Source: Burkholderiales bacterium (GTDB taxonomy: Bacteria; Pseudomonadota; Gammaproteobacteria; Burkholderiales; SG8-39). Taken from it: DNA of 41,276 nt. The stretch covers positions 1 to 41,276 of the forward strand of contig DATIYN010000176.1 in assembly GCA_035517595.1 (NCBI GenBank), read 5' to 3'. The notes under the pieces were generated by a model. That model was not told the origin of the DNA. It made no database searches and saw only the letters and a program-made list of their open reading frames with translations. The translations under genes were made by a program, and so were the position numbers. Position 1 is the first letter of the stretch. Each line of letters starts with the position of its first letter. This document shows positions 8,583-17,265 of the stretch, one piece after another.

Positions 8583-9656
8583 ATGACAGGCGAAAGAATC
8601 GTGGTGGGCATGTCGGGCGGCGTCGATTCGTCGGTCGCCGCGCTCCTCCTGAAGCGGCAAGGCTGCGATGTGGTCGGCCTCTTCATGAAGAACTGGGAGG
8701 ACGACGACGACGACGAATACTGCTCGACGCGCGAGGACCTCGTCGACTGCGCCTCGGTCGCCGAGACGATCGGCATCGACCTCGAGGTCGTGAATTTCTC
8801 GGCGGAGTACAAGGAGCGCGTGTTCAGAGCCTTCCTCGCCGAGTACTCGGCCGGCCGCACCCCCAACCCGGACGTGCTGTGCAACGCCGAGATCAAGTTC
8901 AAGGCGTTCCTGGACCACGCGATGAAGCTGGGCGCGAAGCGCATCGCCACGGGGCACTATGCGCGCGTGCGCGAAGTCGGCGGCGGCTTCGAGCTGCTCA
9001 AGGCGCGCGATCCTGCGAAGGACCAGAGCTACTTCCTGCACCGGCTGAACCAGGCGCAGCTGTCGCGCGTGCTGTTCCCGGTCGGCGAGCTGAAGAAGAC
9101 CGAGGTGAGGAGAATCGCGCGGGAGGCCGGGCTTCACAACTTCGCGAAGCGCGACTCGACCGGCATCTGCTTCATCGGCGAGCGCCCGTTCCGCGAGTTC
9201 CTGAACCGCTACCTGCCGACGAGCCCCGGGATCATGCGCACGCCCGAGGGCCGCGCGGTCGGGGAGCACGTCGGCCTGTCCTTCTACACCATCGGCCAGA
9301 GGAAAGGCATCGGCATCGGGGGGCTCAAGGACTCCGGCGGCGGAGCGTGGTACGTCTCCGGGAAGGATTTCGAGAACAACGAGCTGATCGTCGTGCAAGG
9401 GCACGACCACCCGGCGCTTCTGTCGCGCAGGCTGCGCGCCGAGGATCTGGCGTGGGTCAGCGGCGAGCGGCCGGGGACGGAAGCGCCTTACGGCGCCAAG
9501 ACGCGCTACCGGCAGGCGGATGCGGACTGCCGCGTGCGCGACGCCGGGAACGGAATCGACGTCGAGTTCTCCGATCCCCAGTGGGCGGTTACCCCCGGGC
9601 AGTCCGTCGTGCTCTACAACGGGGAGACCTGCCTCGGGGGCGGGGTGATCCAGTAA
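8583..9656 (+). CDS. mnmA: tRNA 2-thiouridine(34) synthase
   Basis: PP-loop [14 protein letters not shown], then [14 protein letters not shown] and downstream conserved MnmA blocks (GHYAR, DQSYFL). I use the internal ATG of the longer track ORF. Confidence 0.92.
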   Translation: MTGERIVVGMSGGVDSSVAALLLKRQGCDVVGLFMKNWEDDDDDEYCSTREDLVDCASVAETIGIDLEVVNFSAEYKERVFRAFLAEYSAGRTPNPDVLCNAEIKFKAFLDHAMKLGAKRIATGHYARVREVGGGFELLKARDPAKDQSYFLHRLNQAQLSRVLFPVGELKKTEVRRIAREAGLHNFAKRDSTGICFIGERPFREFLNRYLPTSPGIMRTPEGRAVGEHVGLSFYTIGQRKGIGIGGLKDSGGGAWYVSGKDFENNELIVVQGHDHPALLSRRLRAEDLAWVSGERPGTEAPYGAKTRYRQADADCRVRDAGNGIDVEFSDPQWAVTPGQSVVLYNGETCLGGGVIQ

Positions 9657-9660
9657 CGAC

Positions 9661-10257
9661 TTAGTCCCGGAACGCCTCGATCGAGGTCCACAGCTTCACC
9701 TCGTCGCTCACCGGGCCGACGATGAACTTCATGCCGAAGTCCGACCGCTTGAACGACCCGGTGGCGTTGCCGCCGCAGAAGTAGCGCTTGCCCTGGGTGC
9801 GCGGATCGGGCCCGCAGTTCCAGCGCTCGACCGTGAGCGTGACCGGCTTGGTCACGCCGAGCAGCGTCAGCTCGCCCTCGATCGCGGCGGGGTGGTCGCC
9901 GTTGAATTTCGTCGCCTTGCCCTTGTAGCTCATCGTCGGGAATTCGGCGACGTTGAAGAAGTCGGGCGAGCGCAGGTGCTCGTCGCGCGAGCGCGGGCGG
10001 CTGCCCTTGTCGTTGTCGCCCGTGCTCAGCGTCGCTGTTGGAATCGAGAGCTCGATCGAGCCGGTCTTCGCGGCGGTATCGAGCGTCATCTTGCCCGTGA
10101 CCTTCTCGAAGCGGCCGCGGATGACCGAGGTGTTCAGGTGGACCACTTCGAAATAGGGAATGCTGTGGTAGGGATCGACGGTGAACGACTCCGGCGCAGC
10201 GGCCGCGGCGAGCGGCAGCGCCGCGGCGGCAAGACCTGCTGTCAGCTTCAAAGACAT
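9661..10257 (-). CDS. yceI: YceI family periplasmic polyisoprenoid-binding protein
   Basis: Signal peptide MSLKLTAGLAAAALPLAAAAAP. YceI-like blocks include YTVDP-type FTVDPYHS, HLNTSVIRGRF and GELTLLGVTKPVTL. ATG at 10257 is preceded by AAGGAG, so it is preferred over the track start at 10287. Confidence 0.85.
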   Translation of the reverse strand: MSLKLTAGLAAAALPLAAAAAPESFTVDPYHSIPYFEVVHLNTSVIRGRFEKVTGKMTLDTAAKTGSIELSIPTATLSTGDNDKGSRPRSRDEHLRSPDFFNVAEFPTMSYKGKATKFNGDHPAAIEGELTLLGVTKPVTLTVERWNCGPDPRTQGKRYFCGGNATGSFKRSDFGMKFIVGPVSDEVKLWTSIEAFRD

Positions 10258-10287
10258 GCTTTTCTCCTTGGGTGGGGTTGACGGCAA

Positions 10288-11100
10288 TCAGCCGCCCGCG
10301 TGCCACGCAAGCGCGCAGGCGATTCCGGCGACGACGAATCCGTAGAGCGAGGCGAGCACGGCCTGCAGCCACAGCGCCGCGCCCGCTGGCACGGGCAGGT
10401 TGGCCGCGACGGGAACGAGCGCGAGCACGACGACCGAATACCACGGCAACTGGGCGAGGATCATCGCCGCCGACGCGATCAGTATCGCGACGACGGTGAC
10501 GCTGAGGGTGAAGGTCGCGCCGGCATAGCTGCGCTTGCCGGTGACCATTTGCGCGAGCAGAAACGCGCCCGATCCCGCGGCGACCGCGACGCCGTAGAGG
10601 CCATAGGTGAGCGCGGCGCCGAAGACGGCGGCGACCCCGGTGCCCGCGCCCAGGGCGAGGCCCGACGCCGCCGTGCGCACGCTGTCCCCGGCGAGCCGCT
10701 GCTCGGAGAACCCGACGACCCAGGCGGAGGCGAGGACCGCGGTCGCGCCGGGCAGCAGGGCGCGCTCCAGGTCCTTCTGGGCGAGCACCGGCCAGAAGAC
10801 CCAGGCGGCGGCGGCCGCCCCCGCGATCGCGAGGAGGTACGAGCCCAGGCGCGTGGGCCTGAACGCGAAGTCGACGACGATGCCGACGACCGGCGCCGCG
10901 AGGCCGAGGAGGATGATCTTGCGCGTGGCCGAGAGCGGCGTGAAGTCGAAGCCTGCGATGAAGTACACGGCGGTGGCGAAGGCGGCTGCGACGGCGAGGC
11001 CGCCGAGGCGGTAGCGCCCGAGCAGCGCCGCGACGACCAGTCCGGCGGCAAAAGGCGCTACGCCCCCCTGGACCGCGGGGTTGGAGAGAAGGTCATTCAC
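10288..11100 (-). CDS. uncharacterized polytopic inner-membrane protein (about 9-10 predicted TM helices)
   Basis: 270 aa and almost entirely hydrophobic Ala/Gly/Val/Leu segments separated by short charged loops. I recognise no family motif. The GTG start overlaps the GST stop by 8 nt. Confidence 0.6.
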   Translation of the reverse strand: MNDLLSNPAVQGGVAPFAAGLVVAALLGRYRLGGLAVAAAFATAVYFIAGFDFTPLSATRKIILLGLAAPVVGIVVDFAFRPTRLGSYLLAIAGAAAAAWVFWPVLAQKDLERALLPGATAVLASAWVVGFSEQRLAGDSVRTAASGLALGAGTGVAAVFGAALTYGLYGVAVAAGSGAFLLAQMVTGKRSYAGATFTLSVTVVAILIASAAMILAQLPWYSVVVLALVPVAANLPVPAGAALWLQAVLASLYGFVVAGIACALAWHAGG

Positions 11101-11701
11101 TGGGAACGGTCTCGGCGAAAGAGGGACGCTCGGAGAGCTTCGCGAAATGCCGCGCGAGGTTCGCGTGATCCTTCTTCCAGTCCATCTTGGGGTAGCGGAA
11201 ATCCAGCCACCCCAGGCAGACGCCGACGGCTATGTCTGCGAGGGTGCAGGCGTTGCCCGAGCACCAGAGCTTCTCGCCGAGGTCCGCCTCCAGGGCGGCG
11301 AGCCCCGAGCGTACCTTGCCCATCTGGCGGTCGACCCACGCCGCGTTGCGGAGCTTCGCGTCGCGCTGGTTCTCCAGACGCGCGGCGACGCCGGCGTCGA
11401 GGACGCCGTCGGCGAGCGCTTCCCAGCGGCGCACCTCGACCCGCTCGCGCGGGTCGGCGGACACCAGGCGCGACAGCGGCGAGGCGCCGTCGAGGAAGGC
11501 GACGATCACGCGCGAATCGTAGATCGCGGAGCCGTCGTCGAGCACGAGCACGGGCACCTTCCCGAGCGGATTGAACTTCGGCGTGACCGCGTCCGCCTTC
11601 CAGGGATTGTCGACCTCGAAGTCGTACTCGATCCTCTTTTCCGCGAGCACGATGCGCACCTTGCGGGTGTACGGGCTGGCGAGCGAGCCTATCAGCTTCA
11701 T
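11093..11701 (-). CDS. glutathione S-transferase, YibF-like
   Basis: Internal start MKLIGSLASPYTRKVRIVLAEK...NPLGKVPVLVLDDG..DSRVI (thioredoxin-like GST N-domain). Length is 202 aa. An ATGA overlap links it to the upstream UDG-like gene. Confidence 0.85.
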   Translation of the reverse strand: MKLIGSLASPYTRKVRIVLAEKRIEYDFEVDNPWKADAVTPKFNPLGKVPVLVLDDGSAIYDSRVIVAFLDGASPLSRLVSADPRERVEVRRWEALADGVLDAGVAARLENQRDAKLRNAAWVDRQMGKVRSGLAALEADLGEKLWCSGNACTLADIAVGVCLGWLDFRYPKMDWKKDHANLARHFAKLSERPSFAETVPSE

Positions 11702-12327
11702 GGCGCGGATTCTACCGAAAGGCACGCCTTGACGCGCCTGCGGAGCTGCGGCAGGACCTCGCGCTCGAACCAGGCGTTGTTCTTCAGCCACCGCCGGTTG
11801 CGCGGGCTCGGGTGGGGCAGAGGGAAGAACTCGGGCAGGTACTCGTCGCGCGCGCGCACCGTCCCGGCGAGCGTCTTCTTCCTGCGCGCTCCGAGATAGT
11901 AGGCGTGCGCGTAGCTTCCTACGAGCAGCGTGAGGCGTACGCGCGGCAGCTGCGCGCGCAGGCGCGGATGCCAGTGCGGCGCGCATTCGGGACGGGGCGG
12001 AAGGTCGCCCGAGTCGCCCGTTCCCGGGTAGCAGAATCCGACCGGGATGATGGCGATGCGGCGCTCGTCGTAGAAGGCGTCGCGATCCAGGCGCAGCCAC
12101 TCGCGCAGCAGGTTGCCCGAGGGATCGTTCCACGGAACGCCGCTCTCGTGCACGCGGCGCCCCGGCGCCTGGCCGACGATGAGCAGGCTCGCGCCGGGCG
12201 AGCCGCGGAGCACGGGCCTCGGGGGATTGGGCAGGTGCGCTGCGCACAGCTCGCACGCGCGCACCTCGGCGAGCAGGCGCTCGAAATCGGCCGCCACCCG
12301 CATGGTAAAATTGACGCTGCTCATCAC
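11698..12327 (-). CDS. uracil-DNA glycosylase superfamily protein
   Basis: GQAPG motif (LLIVGQAPGRR) and C-terminal HPSPRN motif are typical of the UDG fold. Start is ambiguous (GTG 12327, ATG 12324 or ATG 12303). Confidence 0.7.
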   Translation of the reverse strand: MMSSVNFTMRVAADFERLLAEVRACELCAAHLPNPPRPVLRGSPGASLLIVGQAPGRRVHESGVPWNDPSGNLLREWLRLDRDAFYDERRIAIIPVGFCYPGTGDSGDLPPRPECAPHWHPRLRAQLPRVRLTLLVGSYAHAYYLGARRKKTLAGTVRARDEYLPEFFPLPHPSPRNRRWLKNNAWFEREVLPQLRRRVKACLSVESAP

Positions 12328-12339
12328 ACAGGTCCGTCG

Positions 12340-13710
12340 ATGCCGCCGCTCTCACCGCTGAGCGCATTATCCCCTCTGGACGGACGCTATCACAAGCAAC
12401 TCGAGCCGCTGCGCGCACACTTCAGCGAGGCGGCGCTTTTCCGCAACCGCATCGCGATCGAAATACGCTGGCTGCTCGCGCTCGCCGCCGACGCCGCGAT
12501 CGCCGAGATCAAGCCCTTCTCCAGGGACACGAACCGCGCGCTCGAGCGCCTGATCGAAGCGTTCTCGGAAGAGGACGCGGCGCAGGTGAAGGCGATCGAG
12601 GCCGAGACGAACCACGACGTCAAGGCGATCGAGTACTGGCTGAAGCGGCGCCTCGAGGGAAACTCCGAGGCCGCGCGCGTCGCGGGCTTCGTCCACTTCG
12701 CCTGCACCTCCGAGGACATCAACAACCTCGCCTACGCGCTGATGATCAAGGAGGCGCGCGACCGCGTGCTGCTGCCGGCACTCGACCGCGTCATCGACTC
12801 GCTCGCGACGATGGCGCGATCGCTCGCCGACGCGCCCATGCTGTCGCGCACCCACGGGCAGCCGGCGACGCCGACGACGCTCGGCAAGGAGCTCGCGAAC
12901 TTCGCGCACCGGCTGCGCCGCGCGCGGAAGGGCATCGCGGCGGTGTCGCTCGCCGGAAAGATCAACGGCGCGGTGGGCAACTACAACGCGCACGTCGCCG
13001 CCTACCCGGACTTCGACTGGGAAGGCTTCGCCCGGCGCTTCGTCGAGTCGGTGGGGCTCGAGTTCAATTCGCATACGACCCAGATCGAGCCGCACGACAG
13101 CTTCGCCGAGCAGTTCGACGCGTTCGCGCGCGCCAACACGGTGCTCCTCGATCTCGACCGCGACGTCTGGGGCTATGTGTCGCTCGGCTACTTCAGGCAG
13201 AAAGCGAAGGCGGGCGAAGTGGGCTCCTCGACCATGCCGCACAAGGTGAACCCGATCGACTTCGAGAATTCCGAAGGCAACCTCGGCGTCGCCAACGCGC
13301 TGCTGCGGCATCTCTCGGAAAAGCTGCCGGTGTCGCGCTGGCAGCGCGACCTGTCCGATTCGACGGTGCAGAGGAACATCGGCGTCGCGCTCGGCCACAG
13401 CCTGCTCGCCTGCGAGTCCACGCTGAAGGGTCTCGCCAGGCTCGAGGCGGACCCGGCGCGCATGCTCGAGGACCTCGACGCCAACTGGGAAGTGCTGGGC
13501 GAGGCCGTTCAGACCGTGATGCGCAGGTTCGGGCTCCCCGACCCCTACGAGCAGTTGAAGGCGCTGACACGCGGCAAGCGCGTCGACGGCGACACGATGC
13601 GCGCCTTCATCAAAGGGCTCGCGCTGCCCGAGGCCGAGAAGGCGAGGCTGCTCAAGCTCACGCCTTCCACGTATACGGGCAAGGCCGCCGAGCTCGCGCG
13701 CAAGCTTTGA
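12340..13710 (+). CDS. purB: adenylosuccinate lyase
   Basis: N-terminal SPLDGRY and the fumarate-lyase signature GSSTMPHKVNP. Length is 456 aa. I use the internal ATG of the longer track ORF. Confidence 0.92.
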   Translation: MPPLSPLSALSPLDGRYHKQLEPLRAHFSEAALFRNRIAIEIRWLLALAADAAIAEIKPFSRDTNRALERLIEAFSEEDAAQVKAIEAETNHDVKAIEYWLKRRLEGNSEAARVAGFVHFACTSEDINNLAYALMIKEARDRVLLPALDRVIDSLATMARSLADAPMLSRTHGQPATPTTLGKELANFAHRLRRARKGIAAVSLAGKINGAVGNYNAHVAAYPDFDWEGFARRFVESVGLEFNSHTTQIEPHDSFAEQFDAFARANTVLLDLDRDVWGYVSLGYFRQKAKAGEVGSSTMPHKVNPIDFENSEGNLGVANALLRHLSEKLPVSRWQRDLSDSTVQRNIGVALGHSLLACESTLKGLARLEADPARMLEDLDANWEVLGEAVQTVMRRFGLPDPYEQLKALTRGKRVDGDTMRAFIKGLALPEAEKARLLKLTPSTYTGKAAELARKL

Positions 13711-14903
13711 AACCTCCCCGCCTGCGCGAGGCGCTCGCCGACTTCGGCGGCGTCTACTTCACCAACGGCCTGGTCGCGTTCCTGTTCGCGGCATCGGGCC
13801 CCGTGGCGATCATCCTCGCGGTGGGCACGCGCGGGGGGCTCTCGCCTTCCGATCTCTCGTCGTGGATCTTCGGGGCGTTCTTCGTCAACGGGCTCATCAG
13901 CATCGCCTTCTGCTGGGCCACGCGTCAGCCGCTCGTGTTCTTCTGGACGATTCCAGGCGCGGTTCTCCTGGGTCCGGCGCTCGGGCACCTCTCCTGGCCC
14001 GAGGTGATCGGCGCCTTCGTCGCGACCGGGATCCTGATGCTCGCGCTCGGCCTCTCGGGCTGGGTGCGCCGCGCGATGGAGGCGGTGCCCATGCCGATCG
14101 TGATGGGCATGGTCGCGGGCGTGTTCCTGCGCTTCGGCCTGGACCTCGTCTACGCGATCCGGGACGACGCGTGGATCGCCGCGCCCATGGTCGCGGCCTT
14201 TGTCCTCGTCGGCGCCTTCCCGCGCCTCGCTCGCCTCGCTCCGCCCCTGATCGTCGCGCTCGCCGTCGGGGTGGCTATGATCTGGTATCTCGGGCGCTTC
14301 CACGCCGCGCCCGAGGCGCTGGCTCTGGTGCATCCGAACCTGTACGCGCCCGCGTTCTCGTGGCGCGCGATGGTCGAGCTCGTGGTGCCGCTCGCGATCA
14401 CGGTGCTCGTGGTGCAGAACGGGCAGGGCATCAGCGTGCTGCGCTCCGCGGGCCACGCTCCGCCCGTCGACGGGATCGCGGTCGCCTGCGGCGCGGGCGC
14501 AATCGTCACCGCCTTCGTCGGCGCGGTCCCGACCTGCCTCACCGGCCCGGTGAACGCGATCATCTCGTCCTCGGGCGAGCGCGCGCGGCACTACACGGCG
14601 GGAATCTTCGTCGGCGTGCTCGCGCTCGGCTTCGGCCTGTTCGCGCCGGTGTTCACCCGCCTCATGCTCGGCACGCCCAAGGCCTTCATCGCCGCGCTCG
14701 CCGGTCTCGCCATGCTGCGCGTGCTCCAGTCGGCCTTCACGGTGAGCTTCCGCGGCGGCTTCGCGCTCGGCGCGCTCGTCACCTTCCTCGTCACCGTCGC
14801 CGACATCCCCATCCTCAACATCGGGGCGCCGTTCTGGGGCCTCGTCGCCGGCTACATCGCCTCGCGTATGCTCGAGCGCGAGGATTTCGCGGTCAGGGTA
14901 TGA
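13707..14903 (+). CDS. benzoate/H+ symporter BenE family transporter
   Basis: 398-aa polytopic membrane protein with BenE-like N-terminal and central blocks. The TTG start overlaps the purB stop (TTGA). The start codon is uncertain. Confidence 0.7.
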   Translation: MKPPRLREALADFGGVYFTNGLVAFLFAASGPVAIILAVGTRGGLSPSDLSSWIFGAFFVNGLISIAFCWATRQPLVFFWTIPGAVLLGPALGHLSWPEVIGAFVATGILMLALGLSGWVRRAMEAVPMPIVMGMVAGVFLRFGLDLVYAIRDDAWIAAPMVAAFVLVGAFPRLARLAPPLIVALAVGVAMIWYLGRFHAAPEALALVHPNLYAPAFSWRAMVELVVPLAITVLVVQNGQGISVLRSAGHAPPVDGIAVACGAGAIVTAFVGAVPTCLTGPVNAIISSSGERARHYTAGIFVGVLALGFGLFAPVFTRLMLGTPKAFIAALAGLAMLRVLQSAFTVSFRGGFALGALVTFLVTVADIPILNIGAPFWGLVAGYIASRMLEREDFAVRV

Positions 14904-15787
14904 GCGCCGCCGGCCTTCCCGTCGCCCTGCGCGGCGCCTTGTGGATGGTGGGCGCGCTCGTCTCTTTTTCGATCATGGCGGTGTCGGTGCGCGAGCTGCT
15001 GCGCACCATGGGGAGCTTCGAGATCCTTTTCATCCGCAGCTTCATGTCCCTGCTCATCCTCCTTTTTCTCCTGCCCCGGCACGGCCTCAAGGCGCTGCGC
15101 ACCAGGCACTTCGGGTTGCACGTGCTGCGCAACGTGTTCCACTTCGGCGGCCAGTACGCCTGGGTCTACGCGATCTCGCTGCTGCCGCTCGCCACCGTGT
15201 TCGCGATCGAGTTCACCATGCCAGTGTGGGCCGCGGTGCTCGCCATGATCTTCCTCGGCGAGCGCCTGAACCAGGGCCGGACCGTGATGCTCGTGCTGGG
15301 CGTCGTCGGGGTGTTCGTCATGCTGCGTCCCGGCATGGCGGTCATCCAGCCGGCGGCGCTCGTCATGCTGCTCGGCGCCTTCGCCTACGCCTCGACCATG
15401 ATCGCGACCAAGCGCCTCGCCGGGCACGACACGGCGTTCGCGATCCTCTTCTACATGGCGGTGATCCAGCTGCCGCTCGGCCTCGTCCCCGCGTTGCCGC
15501 AGTGGGTATGGCCGGGCCTGCGCGACGCGCCGTGGGTGATCGCGCTCGGCGTCGTCGGCCTCACCGCGCACTACTGCATGACGCGCGCCTTCCGCATCGC
15601 CGACTCGATGGTCGTCGTGCCGATCGACTTCCTGCGGCTGCCGCTGATCGCGGTCGTGGGCGCGGTGTTCTACAACGAGCCGCTCGAGCTCGTCATCATG
15701 ATCGGCGCGGCAATCATCTTCGCGGGAACGTTCTACAGCATCCGGCGCGAAAGCATGGGACGGCTGGAGCCGTCGCCGGAGGGCTAG
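14900..15787 (+). CDS. DMT superfamily (EamA-type) transporter
   Basis: 295 aa with ten hydrophobic segments arranged as two EamA-like repeats. An ATGA overlap links it to the preceding gene. Confidence 0.8.
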   Translation: MSAAGLPVALRGALWMVGALVSFSIMAVSVRELLRTMGSFEILFIRSFMSLLILLFLLPRHGLKALRTRHFGLHVLRNVFHFGGQYAWVYAISLLPLATVFAIEFTMPVWAAVLAMIFLGERLNQGRTVMLVLGVVGVFVMLRPGMAVIQPAALVMLLGAFAYASTMIATKRLAGHDTAFAILFYMAVIQLPLGLVPALPQWVWPGLRDAPWVIALGVVGLTAHYCMTRAFRIADSMVVVPIDFLRLPLIAVVGAVFYNEPLELVIMIGAAIIFAGTFYSIRRESMGRLEPSPEG

Positions 15788-16629
15788 CCCTTCTTCTCGC
15801 TCGGCAGCGGCGGGAGCGCTCTCAGGTAGGCGATGAGGGCGTCGAGATCGGCGGGGGTGAGCTGGCTGGTCGTGTTCTTGATGACCTCGCCCATCGACGC
15901 GGCGGGGACGTCGCCTTCGGCGGTGAGGCCGGTGACGAGGAAATCCTTGATCTCCTTGTCGCTCTGCTTCTTGAGGTTCGTCGGCGTGAGGTTCGCGACG
16001 GATTTGCCGTCGGGGCCCCTGCCGCCGGCGAGAGTGCGGTCGGACCTCGGGCCGCCGAGGAAGTTGCGCGGGGTGTGGCACTCGCCGCAATGGCCGAGCG
16101 CCTGCACGAGGTAGGCGCCCCGGTTGACGACGGCCGACACGCCCGGGATGTCGGTGAAGGCGCCCGGGGTGAAGTAGAGCCACTTCCAGATCGATACGAG
16201 CCACCTCCATCCGAAGAAGAACCACAGGTCGTGCTCCTTGCTCGGCGTCGCGCTCGGCGGGAGCGTCTTCAGGTACGCCCACAGGTCGCGGGCGTCGCTG
16301 TCGGTGATCTTCGTAAACGACGGGTAGGGAAACGCGGGGAAGAAGTTCGACCCGTCGGGACGATCGCCCAGGCGCAGCGCGCGCAGGAAATCCGCCTCGG
16401 TCCAGCTGCCGATTCCCGCCGTCTTGTCCGGGGTGATGTTCGGCCCGTAGAACGTGCCGAAGGGAGTCTTCAGCGCCCGGCCGCCCGCGTAGGGCACCGC
16501 GCCTTCCTTCTCCTCGGTATGGCAGCCGACGCAGCCGGCGGCCTTGGCGAGGTACTCGCCGCGCTTCGCGTCCTGCGCAAAGGCGCTTCCGGCGAAGAGC
16601 AGGGCGAGGATGAGCGGTGCGCGGATCAT
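15784..16629 (-). CDS. di-haem c-type cytochrome (related to cytochrome subunits of membrane dehydrogenases)
   Basis: Signal peptide MIRAPLILALLFAGSAFA and two CxxCH motifs (CVGCH, CGECH). The block GPNITPD...GIGSWTEADF is typical of the ADH/gluconate-dehydrogenase cytochrome c family. Confidence 0.85.
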   Translation of the reverse strand: MIRAPLILALLFAGSAFAQDAKRGEYLAKAAGCVGCHTEEKEGAVPYAGGRALKTPFGTFYGPNITPDKTAGIGSWTEADFLRALRLGDRPDGSNFFPAFPYPSFTKITDSDARDLWAYLKTLPPSATPSKEHDLWFFFGWRWLVSIWKWLYFTPGAFTDIPGVSAVVNRGAYLVQALGHCGECHTPRNFLGGPRSDRTLAGGRGPDGKSVANLTPTNLKKQSDKEIKDFLVTGLTAEGDVPAASMGEVIKNTTSQLTPADLDALIAYLRALPPLPSEKKG

Positions 16630-16647
16630 GCGCGCAGCATTATGCCG

Positions 16648-16680
16648 ACAAAAAGAAAGCCCCGCCTCGGCGGGGCTTTC
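16648..16680 (-). terminator. rho-independent terminator downstream of cytochrome c'
   Basis: On the minus strand, GAAAGCCCCGCC-GA-GGCGGGGCTTTC (12-nt arms) is followed by TTTTTGT. Confidence 0.65.
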
Positions 16681-16696
16681 CTCGGGTGATGCGGCC

Positions 16697-17161
16697 TTAC
16701 TGCTTCTCGCGGAAGTTCTCGTGGCAGCCGCCGCAGGCCTTGCCGATGCCGCCGATCGCCGCCTTCTGCGCGCCCTCGTCGCCGCCGCGGCTCACCTTGA
16801 CCAGGTTCTGCACGGCGTTCTGGAAGGTGTCCTGGGCCTGCTTGAACTTCGCGGGCTCGCTCCAGACCGCGGGCAGCGCCGCGTTCTTCACGGTCGCCTC
16901 CTTGCTCGCGGGCGCGAAGCCGTCCCAGGGCATGCGGGACAGGGCGTCGAGCAGCGCGGCGTTCATCGCCACCGTGTCGGCGTTGTACGGGACCTTGCCC
17001 TGGGCCATGCCGGCCAGGGGTCCGAAGTACTTGGCCTGCAGGGTCATCGCCGCCTGGCGCTGCTTGACCAGGATCTCCGGCTTGACCTGGGCGAGCGCCG
17101 TGTGGGTGACGCCGGCGCCGAGAGCGACGGCCAGGCCGGTCAATAGAAGCTTCTTGTTCAT
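16697..17161 (-). CDS. cytochrome c' (class II cytochrome c)
   Basis: 154 aa with a signal peptide, four-helix-bundle-like sequence and a single C-terminal haem motif CGGCHENF. GAGGAG lies upstream of the ATG. Confidence 0.85.
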   Translation of the reverse strand: MNKKLLLTGLAVALGAGVTHTALAQVKPEILVKQRQAAMTLQAKYFGPLAGMAQGKVPYNADTVAMNAALLDALSRMPWDGFAPASKEATVKNAALPAVWSEPAKFKQAQDTFQNAVQNLVKVSRGGDEGAQKAAIGGIGKACGGCHENFREKQ

Positions 17162-17265
17162 TCGGTTCTCCTCGTTAGGTTGTTCAGGGGTGTGCAGAAC
17201 GATTTTCGCGGCAACGGCCGCACGGTTGAGATAACAGTTGTGTTGCTGCGTTTATTCCAGCCGGA

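Noticed and set aside
8695-8715. GAC-rich run encoding DDDDD in MnmA.
   Set aside because: An acidic WEEDD-type stretch at this position is a normal conserved feature of MnmA. It is not a repeat expansion.
17162-17265. Search for an FNR/Dnr/NnrR (TTGAT-N4-ATCAA) or NsrR-type palindrome upstream of cytochrome c'.
   Set aside because: I found only a partial TTGAGATAAC...GTT match and a 4-bp GTTC/GAAC inverted repeat. There is no convincing operator.
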